DNA of 33,347 nt from a bacterium UBP13_UBA5359 (GTDB taxonomy: Bacteria > UBP13 > UBA5359), in assembly GCA_002410925.1 (NCBI GenBank), contig DHPR01000017.1, positions 1 through 33,347 on the forward strand, in the 5' to 3' direction. The notes under the pieces are model-generated. The model was not told the origin of the DNA, did no database searches, and was given only the letters and a program-made list of their open reading frames with translations. The position numbers were made by a program, and so were the translations under genes. Below are positions 9,077 through 18,624 of the stretch, piece after piece. Position 1 is the first letter of the stretch. Each line of letters begins with the position of its first letter.

Positions 9077-9128
9077 GCACGGCTCTGCCCTATCTCCTCC
9101 ATCTGCCGGAGATAGGGCAGAGCCGTGC
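9077..9128. terminator. Perfect 21-bp inverted repeat between convergent genes (probable bidirectional terminator or REP-like element)
   Basis: GCACGGCTCTGCCCTATCTCC, 10-nt loop, GGAGATAGGGCAGAGCCGTGC. No clear U-tract on either strand. Confidence 0.6.
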
Positions 9129-9153
9129 ACATCAATGAAAAATCATCTTTGAC

Positions 9154-9324
9154 TTAACGCTTACGCCTGGCGGCTTCAATGCGCTTGCGCCTCTTCTCGC
9201 TGGGTTTCTCGTAGTGCTCGTGACGCCTGGCTTCGGCCAGAACACCTGTACGTTGCAGCTCTCTCTTAAAACGACGAAGAGCACTATCCAAGGATTCATC
9301 ATCCCTTATACGTACTTCAGACAA
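9154..9324 (-). CDS. rpsU: 30S ribosomal protein S21
   Basis: Below the ORF-track cutoff; translated by hand from [59 protein letters not shown] (56 aa). SD GGAGG upstream. Confidence 0.97.
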   Translation of the reverse strand: MSEVRIRDDESLDSALRRFKRELQRTGVLAEARRHEHYEKPSEKRRKRIEAARRKR

Positions 9325-9342
9325 TCTCACTCCCCCCTCCTG

Positions 9343-9687
9343 CTAACCGGGAGGCCATCTCAACTTTCGACCTCCGAGCAAATGTATATGAAGGTGATCT
9401 ATACTTTGACCTCCATCCTCATTACAATTGATAACCAGGCGGAACCCTGATTCGGCAATGCCCTCCTGGCGGGCAATCCTGGAAGCAACCGTCAACATAT
9501 GCCCTAACAGTGCCTCGTCGGCTTCATTTGCCGCCAGTATGTTCTCAATGTGTCTGCGCGGTATAACAAGCACATGCGCAGGAGCGGCCGGAGCTGCATC
9601 CCTAAAAGCGACAACCAGATCATCGCTGTAAACCATGTCGGTCGCTATCTCGCCCGATGCCAGCTTACAGAACAAACAACCCTCCAC
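9343..9687 (-). CDS. hinT: Histidine triad nucleotide-binding protein (HinT/PKCI-like)
   Basis: CLFCK start, HVLVIPRRHI, GGQSIDHLHIHLLGGR...WPPG. Likely start GTG at 9687 behind GGAGGGAG. Confidence 0.92.
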   Translation of the reverse strand: MEGCLFCKLASGEIATDMVYSDDLVVAFRDAAPAAPAHVLVIPRRHIENILAANEADEALLGHMLTVASRIARQEGIAESGFRLVINCNEDGGQSIDHLHIHLLGGRKLRWPPG

Positions 9688-9759
9688 AGCTCCCTCCGCA
9701 TGGCGGCTTTTAAGAGTACCCGCCTTCAACCTATGTAATGAGCATTTGCTTGAAATTTA

Positions 9760-11052
9760 TTATAACACCTTTTTTAGCGCTTTGCCAAGCAATCGCCCAT
9801 TGTTTTTACTTAATGCTCTTACGGAGATAACATCACCGATGGAGAAATCCGGCTGAAAATCAACCTCCGCTTCCACATATCTATCGGTTCTTCCTATGCA
9901 TAGAGAATTATCGATCTTTTCGACTACAAGCCTGAGCTTCTCATTCAGTATAGAAGCCAGATATGCATCGGTAATATCATCAGCCGTTTGCGCCATCTGC
10001 TTCGCTCTGGCGCTTTTTATCTTTTCACTCACCTGATTCGGCATTACCGCCGCCGGAGTGTCGGGACGGCGAGAGTATCGAAAGATATGCAATCCTGCAA
10101 ATCTCATCCGCCTGATAAAAGAGAGACTCTCCTCAAATGCGGCATCATCCTCACCCGGGAAGCCGACCATTACATCGGTCGTAAGAGCCAGTCCCGGCCG
10201 AACAGCTCGAAGGCTATCGATAACGCGCGCATAATCGTTAGCAGCGTAGGGACGTTGCATCATTCCAAGTATCCGGTCACTCCCATGCTGCAGCGGTATA
10301 TGCATATGATTACATATCCGGTTATCGCTCTTGATTACATTGAGCAAATCAGGTGTAAAATCGGTCGGTTCTATGGAGCTCAGCCGTATATTCACTATCC
10401 CCTCTATATCAGGGAGCCTGCTCAGAAACTCTGCCAGCCCATCTCCCTCACGCTCATTGTAAAGCCCCAGATGTATGCCCGTAAGAACAACCTCTTTGAA
10501 TCCCTTGCCGGCCAAGCGCTTTATTTCATCATAAGCAACCTGTGCAGGCCTGCTTCGCGGCCTGCCTCTGACCTGCGGCACCAGGCAGTAAGCACAATTA
10601 CGATTACAGCCGTCCTGGATCTTGACAAAAGCCCTCGCTCTGCCATTCCAGTTATCTATTCCCCTCCCCCGATAGCTCCGGCAGTTGCTGAGACCAGCCG
10701 TTGCGCAGGATACATCTTCTGTGAGATAAGGAAGAAGGTCCTCTTTCTCCGCATTACCCAGAATGATCAAACGCTCTGATAATCTTTTCAAAGCAGCACC
10801 GGCTTTCTGAGCCATACAACCGGTAACCACTATTGCCGCCTTCGGGCAACGGGCTGCAACTCGCCTTATAACCTGCCGGCATTTCTTTTCAGCAGTCCGA
10901 GTAACGGCACAGGTATTAACAACGAAAAGATCTGCATCCCCGCCGGCATCGACTATTTTATAGCCTGCGCTCTCCAGCTGCTCTCGCATCTCCTGGCTTT
11001 CATATTGATTTACCTTACAGCCCAACGTCAGCAGAGCACAATCTCCACGCAT
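9760..11052 (-). CDS. mtaB: tRNA t6A37 methylthiotransferase MtaB
   Basis: TLGCKVNQYES, VNTCAVT, KIQDGCNRNCAYC radical SAM motif, DVMVGFPGE; follows rsmE. Confidence 0.93.
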   Translation of the reverse strand: MRGDCALLTLGCKVNQYESQEMREQLESAGYKIVDAGGDADLFVVNTCAVTRTAEKKCRQVIRRVAARCPKAAIVVTGCMAQKAGAALKRLSERLIILGNAEKEDLLPYLTEDVSCATAGLSNCRSYRGRGIDNWNGRARAFVKIQDGCNRNCAYCLVPQVRGRPRSRPAQVAYDEIKRLAGKGFKEVVLTGIHLGLYNEREGDGLAEFLSRLPDIEGIVNIRLSSIEPTDFTPDLLNVIKSDNRICNHMHIPLQHGSDRILGMMQRPYAANDYARVIDSLRAVRPGLALTTDVMVGFPGEDDAAFEESLSFIRRMRFAGLHIFRYSRRPDTPAAVMPNQVSEKIKSARAKQMAQTADDITDAYLASILNEKLRLVVEKIDNSLCIGRTDRYVEAEVDFQPDFSIGDVISVRALSKNNGRLLGKALKKVL

Positions 11053-11064
11053 ACGATCCTTCCC

Positions 11065-11802
11065 TTATGAATCCATTTCGTAAACCGTCAGAGCGGCCAG
11101 CACCATACCGGCTGTCTCCGTCCGCAATATCCGCGACCCCAAAGAGATATCCAGCGCACCGCAGGACCTCAGCAATTCTATCTCTTCAGTAGCGAAACCT
11201 CCTTCAGGTCCCACCACCAGCAAAATACTATGCGCCTCGCGGTTAATCCTCCCCCAAATCGCTTTCAACGGCTCGGTGCTATCTTCCCAGGCTACCAAAC
11301 AAAGATCATATGACCCTATACTTCCGGCTATCTGATCCAAAGCGATAATCTCCGCTACATTCGGAATGAACACCCTGTGAGATTGCTCAGCCGCCTCACG
11401 CGCAATCCTGCGCCACCGGCTCAATCGCCCTCTTTGTGCGTCTTCCTTTACTCTGGGTATCCCGCGTGCGGAAGAGAAAGGTCGTATCTCGGAGACTCCT
11501 ATCTCAGTGCATTTCTGAATTATCAGATCCATCTTATCGCCCCGGGGTAGAGCCTGAGCCAGGCTGACAGAAACAGAAAGCTCGGTATTACGCTTAACAG
11601 CCCTCCCCAGGCGCAAAAAGGCATTGCCGCGCTCCGCCGTCTCCAGCACAGCTTCATATTCATTGCCCGCACCGTCAAAGATAAATATTCCATCGCCCTT
11701 TTTTAAACGTAAGACTCTGAGAATATAGTGCGCTTCTTCACCCGCTAAATGTAAGCTCAAGCCGCTTTCCAGCGTTGTCCCGGGGAGAGATAACCTGTTC
11801 AT
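11065..11802 (-). CDS. rsmE: 16S rRNA m3U1498 methyltransferase RsmE
   Basis: HYILRVLRL, QKCTEIGV, EAAEQS, VGPEGGF, LGSRILRTETA. ATG at 11802 overlaps the prmA stop. Confidence 0.95.
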   Translation of the reverse strand: MNRLSLPGTTLESGLSLHLAGEEAHYILRVLRLKKGDGIFIFDGAGNEYEAVLETAERGNAFLRLGRAVKRNTELSVSVSLAQALPRGDKMDLIIQKCTEIGVSEIRPFSSARGIPRVKEDAQRGRLSRWRRIAREAAEQSHRVFIPNVAEIIALDQIAGSIGSYDLCLVAWEDSTEPLKAIWGRINREAHSILLVVGPEGGFATEEIELLRSCGALDISLGSRILRTETAGMVLAALTVYEMDS

Positions 11803-12653
11803 ACCTCCCGTCTCCGCAGTGCCAGCGCAATCCATTCTCCCTGTCTTCTCTCTTCGAACACCCGGAGTCCATTTCTATCCGCCGCCGTAATTACATCTTG
11901 CCTGAGCGTATCGATAATGCCGGAAAGCAGAAGGTACCCATCCGGCTTCAGAGAACTCCCCATGTCCGGCAAAAGCGGCTTTATAACATCGGCCGTTATA
12001 TTAGCCAGAATCATATCCACAGGAGGGCCGTCATATTTATCTACGCTGCCTTGAACTACTCTCACTTGCTCAGATACGGAATTAGCAATAATGTTCTGCT
12101 GCGCCGCCTCGACAGCAACAGAATCGATATCGCAGGCAAACACAGAAGAGGCACCGAGCCTGGCCGATAGAATGGAGAGTATGGCCGATCCGGTGCCGAT
12201 GTCAAGAACCGCCCAACCGGCTTTCAAATAATGGTCTATCATCTGCAGACACATAACGGTGGTAGGATGCGCCCCCGTTCCGAAAGCCATGCCGGGATCG
12301 AGATTCATTATCGCCTCTCCCGGTTCAGATGTATAATCCTCCCAGGAAGGGCAAATAACTATACGCCCGATCTTATTAATTTTGAAGTATTTCTTCCAAT
12401 TATCAGCCCACTCCAGCTCACACCGGCCGTGCACTCTCAATTCGCCCAGCCCTATGCCCGCAGCTCTAAGATCTGCCAGCTCAACAGACAAAGCATCTAT
12501 TATCTGCCAGGAAGCAGCCTCTTCCGGCAGATAGGATATCACCGTGCTTTCATTGAACCAGCATCCCTTGATACCGTAATCTCTCACGAGCAGCGCTGCT
12601 CTTTCCGCCGCAATATCGTTCTTCACATCCAGCATCAATTCCAGCCAATCCAT
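11799..12653 (-). CDS. prmA: Ribosomal protein L11 methyltransferase
   Basis: WADNWKKYF, LDPGMAFGTGAHPTT, VLDIGTGSAIL, ANITAD. Confidence 0.96.
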   Translation of the reverse strand: MDWLELMLDVKNDIAAERAALLVRDYGIKGCWFNESTVISYLPEEAASWQIIDALSVELADLRAAGIGLGELRVHGRCELEWADNWKKYFKINKIGRIVICPSWEDYTSEPGEAIMNLDPGMAFGTGAHPTTVMCLQMIDHYLKAGWAVLDIGTGSAILSILSARLGASSVFACDIDSVAVEAAQQNIIANSVSEQVRVVQGSVDKYDGPPVDMILANITADVIKPLLPDMGSSLKPDGYLLLSGIIDTLRQDVITAADRNGLRVFEERRQGEWIALALRRREV

Positions 12654-12680
12654 AACGACACACCCTACTACAATGCTTCC

Positions 12681-13826
12681 TTATTTACCGAAAGCATCCT
12701 TCATTCTGCCAAAAAGCCCCTTGTCATCATTTTCTCTGGGATTCTCTCCCATGGCTTTGGCATATTCGCTCAGCAGCTGCCGTTGCATTTCCGTCATACG
12801 CTTAGGAACCTCAAGCCGCACTCTGACATGCTGATCGCCACGGCCTCCACCCCTTATTGCCGGTACACCCTTTCCTTTGAGACGAAAGATGGTTCCAGGC
12901 TGTGTTCCCGCAGGTATTTCAACCTCCGCATTTCCATCGAGCGTCTGCACCGTTATCCGGGCGCCAAGCGCCGCCTGAACAAACGTAACAGGCACTTCAC
13001 AAAAGATATCCCGATCATGCCTCTCAAAAAATGCGTGCGCCTTAACCCTGATGAAGATATAGAGGTCTCCGGAGGAACCGCCATGCTCACCGGCCTCTCC
13101 TTCTCCGGTCACACGTACTTTTGTACCATTATCCACACCCGCAGGTATCTTTACCTCTATTTTCTTACGCCTGTTTTTCCTGCCGGCTCCACCGCATGCA
13201 GAACAGGGATTGCTGATGATTCTGCCGCTGCCGCCGCAACGCTGACAAGTGGTCACATTTACAAACTGCCCGAACATCGTTTGTTGTGCCTGGCGCACCT
13301 CTCCGGTTCCTGCACAGGCAAGACATGTCTCCGTTGAGGATCCTGCGGCGCTACCGCTACCATCACAGGTATCGCATTTATCAAGGCGTGCCACCTCTAT
13401 CTCCATATCCTTGCCGAAAACCGCTTCTTCAAATTCCAGCAGGAGATCGTAGCGCAGGTCGGCACCGCGAGCAGGACCATGCTCACGTCGAGCATCGCCA
13501 GAACGCCCGCCGAAAAACATATCAAAAATATCGCCGAAGCCCCCAAAGCCACTGTTGAAGTTGCCGCTGAAACCACCACCGGCACCCGGTCCGCCGTTCT
13601 CAAAGGCAGCATGACCGAACTGATCGTAGGTCGCCTTGCGTTGAGCATCGCTCAGGACTTCATAGGCCTCATTTATCTCCTTGAATTTGGCCTCAGCCTC
13701 TTGATTATCCGGGTTGACGTCCGGGTGATACTTCCGAGCCAGGCGTCGGAAAGCTCTTTTAATCTCAGTCTCTGATGCAGACCGATCGACCCCCAGGACC
13801 TCATAATAATCCCTTTTAGTCGACAT
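12681..13826 (-). CDS. dnaJ: Chaperone DnaJ
   Basis: J domain with HPD, G/F-rich region, four CxxCxGxG repeats. Confidence 0.98.
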   Translation of the reverse strand: MSTKRDYYEVLGVDRSASETEIKRAFRRLARKYHPDVNPDNQEAEAKFKEINEAYEVLSDAQRKATYDQFGHAAFENGGPGAGGGFSGNFNSGFGGFGDIFDMFFGGRSGDARREHGPARGADLRYDLLLEFEEAVFGKDMEIEVARLDKCDTCDGSGSAAGSSTETCLACAGTGEVRQAQQTMFGQFVNVTTCQRCGGSGRIISNPCSACGGAGRKNRRKKIEVKIPAGVDNGTKVRVTGEGEAGEHGGSSGDLYIFIRVKAHAFFERHDRDIFCEVPVTFVQAALGARITVQTLDGNAEVEIPAGTQPGTIFRLKGKGVPAIRGGGRGDQHVRVRLEVPKRMTEMQRQLLSEYAKAMGENPRENDDKGLFGRMKDAFGK

Positions 13827-15658
13827 CAATCAACATCCTTGAAATCGGCATCGACCGTAGGTCCGTCCGTAGTACCGGCTTTATCCGCATCTGTTTCGCC
13901 AGCAGTGCCGGTTTGCTGCTGCTGAGCGGACTGCTCATAAAGCTTGGACGTTAAGCCATACATTGCCTGGGTCAGTGCTTCAGTATCCGTCTTTATGGCT
14001 TCTTTATCGCTTCCCTGCAGAGAGGTCTTCAGCTTTGCCACGGCTGTTTCCACCTTCTGTATATCGTCTTTACCAACCTTATCGCCGGCATCCTTGATTG
14101 CCTTCTCAGCACTGTATACAGCAACATCAGCGTTGTTGCGCAATTCCACCTCTTCACGTTTTTCTTTGTCCTCAGCGGCATGCGTATCAGCCTCATCCAT
14201 CATACGCTTTATCTCTTCTTCACTTAAGCCGCCGGATGAGGTTATCGTTATTTTCTGCTCATTGCCGCTGGCCATATCCTTGGCGGAAACATTGACTATG
14301 CCGTTGGCGTCGATATCGAAGCTGACCTCTATTTGAGGTATGCCGCGAGGTGCCGCGGGAATTCCGGTCAACTGGAAGCGTCCCAGAGTTTTATTATAGG
14401 TCGCCATCTCACGTTCACCCTGTAATACATGTATATCAACTGTCGTCTGCCCATCCGCAGCTGTGGAGAAAATCTGCTTTTTAGATGTCGGTATGGTTGT
14501 ATTACGCTCGATAAGCCTGGTAAAGACTCCTCCCAGAGTTTCTATACCCAGGGAGAGCGGCGTTACATCCAGTAGAACAACATCTTTCACCTCTCCACCC
14601 AGAACACCGGCCTGAATAGCGGCTCCTAAAGCAACGCATTCGTCCGGGTTGACACCCTTATGAGGTTCCTTTTCGAAAAAGTTCTTTACCATCTCTTGAA
14701 CCAGTGGCATTCGCGTCTGCCCTCCGACCAGAATAACCTCCTCTATATCGGAAGACTTCAAGCCGGCATCTTCCAGAGCCTGCTGACAAGGCTTCAAGGA
14801 TCTTTCGATCAGATCTCTAACAAGCTCCTCGAACTTAGCTCTGGTAATCGTCATGTCCAGATGCTTGGGACCACTGGCATCGGCAGTAATAAAGGGCAGA
14901 TTGATATTAGAGCTCATTACTCCCGAGAGCTCTATTTTTGCCTTCTCCGCTGCCTCTTTCAGTCGCTGCATAGCCATCTTATCCTGGCTGAGATCGATAC
15001 CGTTATCCTTCTTAAATTCGCTGTTCATGTAATCTATCAAACGCTGGTCGAAATCATCGCCGCCCAAAAGGGTATCGCCATTGGTCGATTTTACCTCAAA
15101 AACGCCGTCGCCCAGTTCCATCACCGATATATCGAATGTTCCGCCGCCTAAATCGTATATAGCAACGATATGGTCTTTACCCTTATCCAATCCATAGGCG
15201 AGTGAAGCAGCTGTCGGCTCATTGATTATACGCAGCACTTCAAGCCCGGCTATAGTTCCCGCGTCCTTGGTAGCCTGCCGCTGACTGTCATTAAAGTAAG
15301 CCGGAACAGTAATAACCGCCTTATCGACCTTTTCACCCAGATAGCTCTCTGCGTCCGCTTTCAATTTTTGCAAAATCATGGACGAAATCTCTTGTGGTGT
15401 ATATTTTTTGTCATCGATTTCAACCTTATAATCGCTTCCCATATGCCGCTTGATCGAGCTGATAGTCCTTTCAGGATTGGTTATCGCCTGACGCTTGGCA
15501 ATCTGCCCGGTCAATCTCTCGCCATTTTTAGAAAAACCTATTACCGAAGGAGTTGTTCGGCTGCCTTCGCTATTGGGAATCACGGCAGGCTCTCCACCCT
15601 CCATGACTGCCACACATGAGTTTGTCGTTCCCAGATCAATACCGATTATCTTGCTCAT
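13826..15658 (-). CDS. dnaK: Chaperone DnaK
   Basis: [32 protein letters not shown]. Short N-terminal form lacking the insert found in most diderm DnaK. Confidence 0.99.
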   Translation of the reverse strand: MSKIIGIDLGTTNSCVAVMEGGEPAVIPNSEGSRTTPSVIGFSKNGERLTGQIAKRQAITNPERTISSIKRHMGSDYKVEIDDKKYTPQEISSMILQKLKADAESYLGEKVDKAVITVPAYFNDSQRQATKDAGTIAGLEVLRIINEPTAASLAYGLDKGKDHIVAIYDLGGGTFDISVMELGDGVFEVKSTNGDTLLGGDDFDQRLIDYMNSEFKKDNGIDLSQDKMAMQRLKEAAEKAKIELSGVMSSNINLPFITADASGPKHLDMTITRAKFEELVRDLIERSLKPCQQALEDAGLKSSDIEEVILVGGQTRMPLVQEMVKNFFEKEPHKGVNPDECVALGAAIQAGVLGGEVKDVVLLDVTPLSLGIETLGGVFTRLIERNTTIPTSKKQIFSTAADGQTTVDIHVLQGEREMATYNKTLGRFQLTGIPAAPRGIPQIEVSFDIDANGIVNVSAKDMASGNEQKITITSSGGLSEEEIKRMMDEADTHAAEDKEKREEVELRNNADVAVYSAEKAIKDAGDKVGKDDIQKVETAVAKLKTSLQGSDKEAIKTDTEALTQAMYGLTSKLYEQSAQQQQTGTAGETDADKAGTTDGPTVDADFKDVD

Positions 15659-15700
15659 ATCTTACATTCCCTTTCCTTGTTATTCGTTATTTGCTATTTG

Positions 15701-16282
15701 TCATTTATTGCTCGCTTCAGGCCTGGCCACTTTTACCATCGCCGGTCTGATAACGCGCTCTCCCATCATATAACCCTTCTGCAGCTCTTGAACAACCGTT
15801 CCATCTTCAGCAGAAGAGCTCTCTTCAAACATGATCGCCTCGCAGAATGCCGGATCGAATTGCTGCCCGCAAACCTCCAGCGGAACCACTCCGGCATTGG
15901 AGAGTATAGCACAGAACTGCCGGTGTGTCATAGCAACGCCCTCAGCTAAAGCAGCGGCGTCAGCTGAGGTTTCAGAAGCTTGCAAAGCTCTCTCAAGATT
16001 ATCCACAACAGGCAATATCTGCAAAACAACCTCTTCCCTTATCAGACTGGATAGCTCCTCCTGACGAGATGCAGTACGCTTTCTGAAATTATCAAAATCC
16101 GCTTGCAACCGTTGATAAAGTCTTACACGCTCTTCCAATTCTACATTCAACCGCTCTATCTCCGCCGTTGCTTTTTCCAGCTCCACCTTCAACCGGGGTG
16201 ATTTCGTAGCTCGTGCTTTACGAGCGCCACCGGTCTCAATCTCCGGTACAGATCCCTCTTTTACTTCTGTATGCTCCGTCAT
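15701..16282 (-). CDS. grpE: Nucleotide exchange factor GrpE
   Basis: RLQADFDNFRKR, LPVVDNLERAL, FDP, LQKGYMMGERVIRPAMVKV. Confidence 0.97.
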   Translation of the reverse strand: MTEHTEVKEGSVPEIETGGARKARATKSPRLKVELEKATAEIERLNVELEERVRLYQRLQADFDNFRKRTASRQEELSSLIREEVVLQILPVVDNLERALQASETSADAAALAEGVAMTHRQFCAILSNAGVVPLEVCGQQFDPAFCEAIMFEESSSAEDGTVVQELQKGYMMGERVIRPAMVKVARPEASNK

Positions 16283-16330
16283 ACTTACAGTACCTCTCTT
16301 TTTTGCTCCTTCTCTTCCGGCAGCAGTGCA

Positions 16331-17368
16331 TCAATCCGCTGTGCCGATACGCCTGATCATACGGCTCAAGTTATCGGCCGTAAAACAGACTTTTTCTATG
16401 ATATCCACATAATCCATCCTGGTAGGTCCGACAATGCTTATACTGCCGGCCAGGTCATCATCAATATAATATTTGGCCGTCACAATACTACATGCGCTAA
16501 GAACATCATGCCTGTTCTCATGTCCGATGGTGACATTAATAGATGTGTCGCTATCCTGACATAGCAGATCGGAGAGCGCCAAATCTCCCTCCAAAACGGC
16601 AATAATGCCCCTGAGCGCCTGGATATCCTGGAATTCCGGCTGGGAAATTATATTAGATACGCCTTCCATATAAATACGTTCATGGCTTCTATCATCCAGG
16701 ATATGTTGCACCAGACTGAAAATTTCATCAAAAAAGCGTTTATACGTCCGGACCTGATTAAGACGTTCGCCAAGAAGGCGTTGTCTGACAGTGGCCAGAC
16801 GCAAACCCTGCAAGCGCTCATTAATATACATACAGATATGTCTGAGCTCCAGCGGATCTGCAATAAACGGCACATCGATAACTCTGTTTTCCACCAGGCC
16901 CGCGCTTGTAACAAGAACCATCAATACCTTCGATGTACTTAAAGGAACCATTTCTATGCAGCGCAGTACGCTGTTATCAAGGCTGGGGGCAACCACCAGT
17001 GAGGCTAACCCCGTTACCAGGCTCATAACCCGAGTTGTTTCCTGCAAAAGTCCTTCTATCTCGTGATTGACGGATTCATATTCCAACCTGATGCACTTCT
17101 GCTCAGCCTCCGTTAGCATCCTGATTCTTATCAGTGTATCGACATAAAACCTATAGCCTTGATCAGTAGGCACACGTCCGGCCGAAGTATGAGGCTGCGA
17201 CAGATAACCGTACTCCTCCAGCTCAGCCATATCATTTCTGATTGTGGCTGAACTCACACCCAGATTATACTTCTCAACCACAGCCTTGGAACCTACCGGC
17301 ACGGCGGTGGCAATATATTCATGTATTACAGCCTGCAAGACCGCCTCTTTTCTAGGCGTCAATACCAT
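16331..17368 (-). CDS. hrcA: Heat-inducible transcription repressor HrcA
   Basis: PVGSK, SSATIRNDMAELEEYGYLSQPHTSAGRVPTDQGYRFYVD, GPTRMDY. Likely ATG at 17368 behind GGGAGG. Confidence 0.97.
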   Translation of the reverse strand: MVLTPRKEAVLQAVIHEYIATAVPVGSKAVVEKYNLGVSSATIRNDMAELEEYGYLSQPHTSAGRVPTDQGYRFYVDTLIRIRMLTEAEQKCIRLEYESVNHEIEGLLQETTRVMSLVTGLASLVVAPSLDNSVLRCIEMVPLSTSKVLMVLVTSAGLVENRVIDVPFIADPLELRHICMYINERLQGLRLATVRQRLLGERLNQVRTYKRFFDEIFSLVQHILDDRSHERIYMEGVSNIISQPEFQDIQALRGIIAVLEGDLALSDLLCQDSDTSINVTIGHENRHDVLSACSIVTAKYYIDDDLAGSISIVGPTRMDYVDIIEKVCFTADNLSRMIRRIGTAD

Positions 17369-17387
17369 TGCAATACAACCTCCCGCA

Positions 17388-17414
17388 TTAGCACTCATTA
17401 TGATAGAGTGCTAA
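17388..17414. promoter_or_regulatory. CIRCE element (HrcA operator)
   Basis: Perfect TTAGCACTC-N9-GAGTGCTAA directly upstream of hrcA. Confidence 0.98.
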
Positions 17415-17423
17415 TACAGTTTA

Positions 17424-17452
17424 AAAATATCATCTGCCGCTCTGCATGTCAA
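17424..17452 (-). promoter_or_regulatory. SigA-type promoter of the hrcA-dnaK operon
   Basis: Minus strand TTGACA, 17 nt, TATTTT with TG extension, 10 nt upstream of CIRCE. Confidence 0.75.
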
Positions 17453-17481
17453 GAGGACACGCATATCTTAAAAATAGAGCG

Positions 17482-18621
17482 TCAACACATAAGCCGTATA
17501 ATAATCCGGTTTGCCACAAGAAAGCCCTTGTCGGTCAGCTTAAAACCATCTGTCGTCATAATCAGAAAACCCTCCTTTTCCAGCGCGTTGCAAGCCTCTT
17601 CATATACATCAAAGAGATTCTCACCGAAAAGATGCTGATACTCAACGGCTGATGCACCGGCTGCGGTCCTTAACGCCAGCATTATGTACTCATTCATGAG
17701 CGTCTGGCGATCCAGGTTCTCCGTTTCATATAGAGCTTCGCTGAATAAGGATAATGACGATTCGATATATTCTTCCTGACAATCCGTGTTTTTCCAGCGC
17801 TGCGCTCCTATTCTGGAACAGGCAGATACACCTATGCCCAGATACTCGCCGCTGCGCCAGTAATTGATATTATGCTTACCTTCACGGCCGCAATGAGCGA
17901 AATTGGATATCTCATAACGCTCCAGCCCTTCTGCCCCCAGCATATCGCAGGCCAAAAGATAGAGATCAGCCCTGCGGTCATCATCCTGCAATTTTACCTC
18001 TCCCGCTTCCAGAGCATCCATCAGCGGTGTGCCCGGTTCGGGAGTCAGGTCGTAAAGAGAGAGATGCTGCGGCTCATACTGCAGCGCTGTATGCAATGTT
18101 CTTTCCCAACCGGCGATATCCTGGCCGGGCAATCCAAACATCAGATCAAGGCTGAGATTATCTATGCCGGCCTCTCTTGCAATTCCAATTGCATTGCCGA
18201 TATCACGGCTATTATGAGATCTGCCAAGAAAGATAAGCTCCTCATCTTCAAAGGATTGCGCACCCAGGCTTAAACGATTGATACCGGCTTCTTTTAAGAA
18301 TACGGCCTTCTCCAAAGTCAGGGTGCCCGGATTGGCCTCGATGGTAATCTCGCTTAAGCTCTCAAGCGCCATTCTTTTATCAAGCAGACCGACTAATTCC
18401 TCCAATAGAGATAAAGAAAGGACGGTAGGTGTTCCCCCGCCGATATAGAGCGTATCAGCAGTATCAGCATTGGATACTTCATCTGCTCTCAGGCCGAGCT
18501 CACAATCTACCGCCTTGATATACTCCCGAGCAGCCTGCTTGTCAAAGGGTGAGGAGATAAAGCTGCAGTATCTGCACTTGCCGGGACAGAATGGAATATG
18601 CAGATAGATTCCGATAGGCAG
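17482..18621 (-). CDS. hemW: Radical SAM heme chaperone HemW (HemN-like), apparent CTG start
   Basis: The frame stays open 72 codons above the ORF-track start (18405): LPIGIYLHIPFCPGKCRYCSF...TLYIGGGTPT. Downstream motifs are TIEANP, NRLSLGAQSF, LDLMFGLP, YEISNF, HNINYW. Sits immediately before hrcA. Confidence 0.92.
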   Translation of the reverse strand: MPIGIYLHIPFCPGKCRYCSFISSPFDKQAAREYIKAVDCELGLRADEVSNADTADTLYIGGGTPTVLSLSLLEELVGLLDKRMALESLSEITIEANPGTLTLEKAVFLKEAGINRLSLGAQSFEDEELIFLGRSHNSRDIGNAIGIAREAGIDNLSLDLMFGLPGQDIAGWERTLHTALQYEPQHLSLYDLTPEPGTPLMDALEAGEVKLQDDDRRADLYLLACDMLGAEGLERYEISNFAHCGREGKHNINYWRSGEYLGIGVSACSRIGAQRWKNTDCQEEYIESSLSLFSEALYETENLDRQTLMNEYIMLALRTAAGASAVEYQHLFGENLFDVYEEACNALEKEGFLIMTTDGFKLTDKGFLVANRIIIRLMC

Positions 18622-18624
18622 AGC

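Noticed and set aside
9988-10779. 263-aa plus-strand ORF
   Set aside because: Antisense shadow of mtaB.
12231-13337. 368-aa plus-strand ORF
   Set aside because: Antisense to dnaJ/prmA, unprotein-like composition.
17482-18405. hemW as a truncated pseudogene, as the ORF track implies
   Set aside because: The frame is open and conserved up to 18621, including the radical SAM motif, with a perfect SD before CTG.
18452-18469. Tandem 9-bp repeat GTATCAGCA x2 in hemW
   Set aside because: In-frame three-residue duplication in a variable linker; no sign of phase variation.
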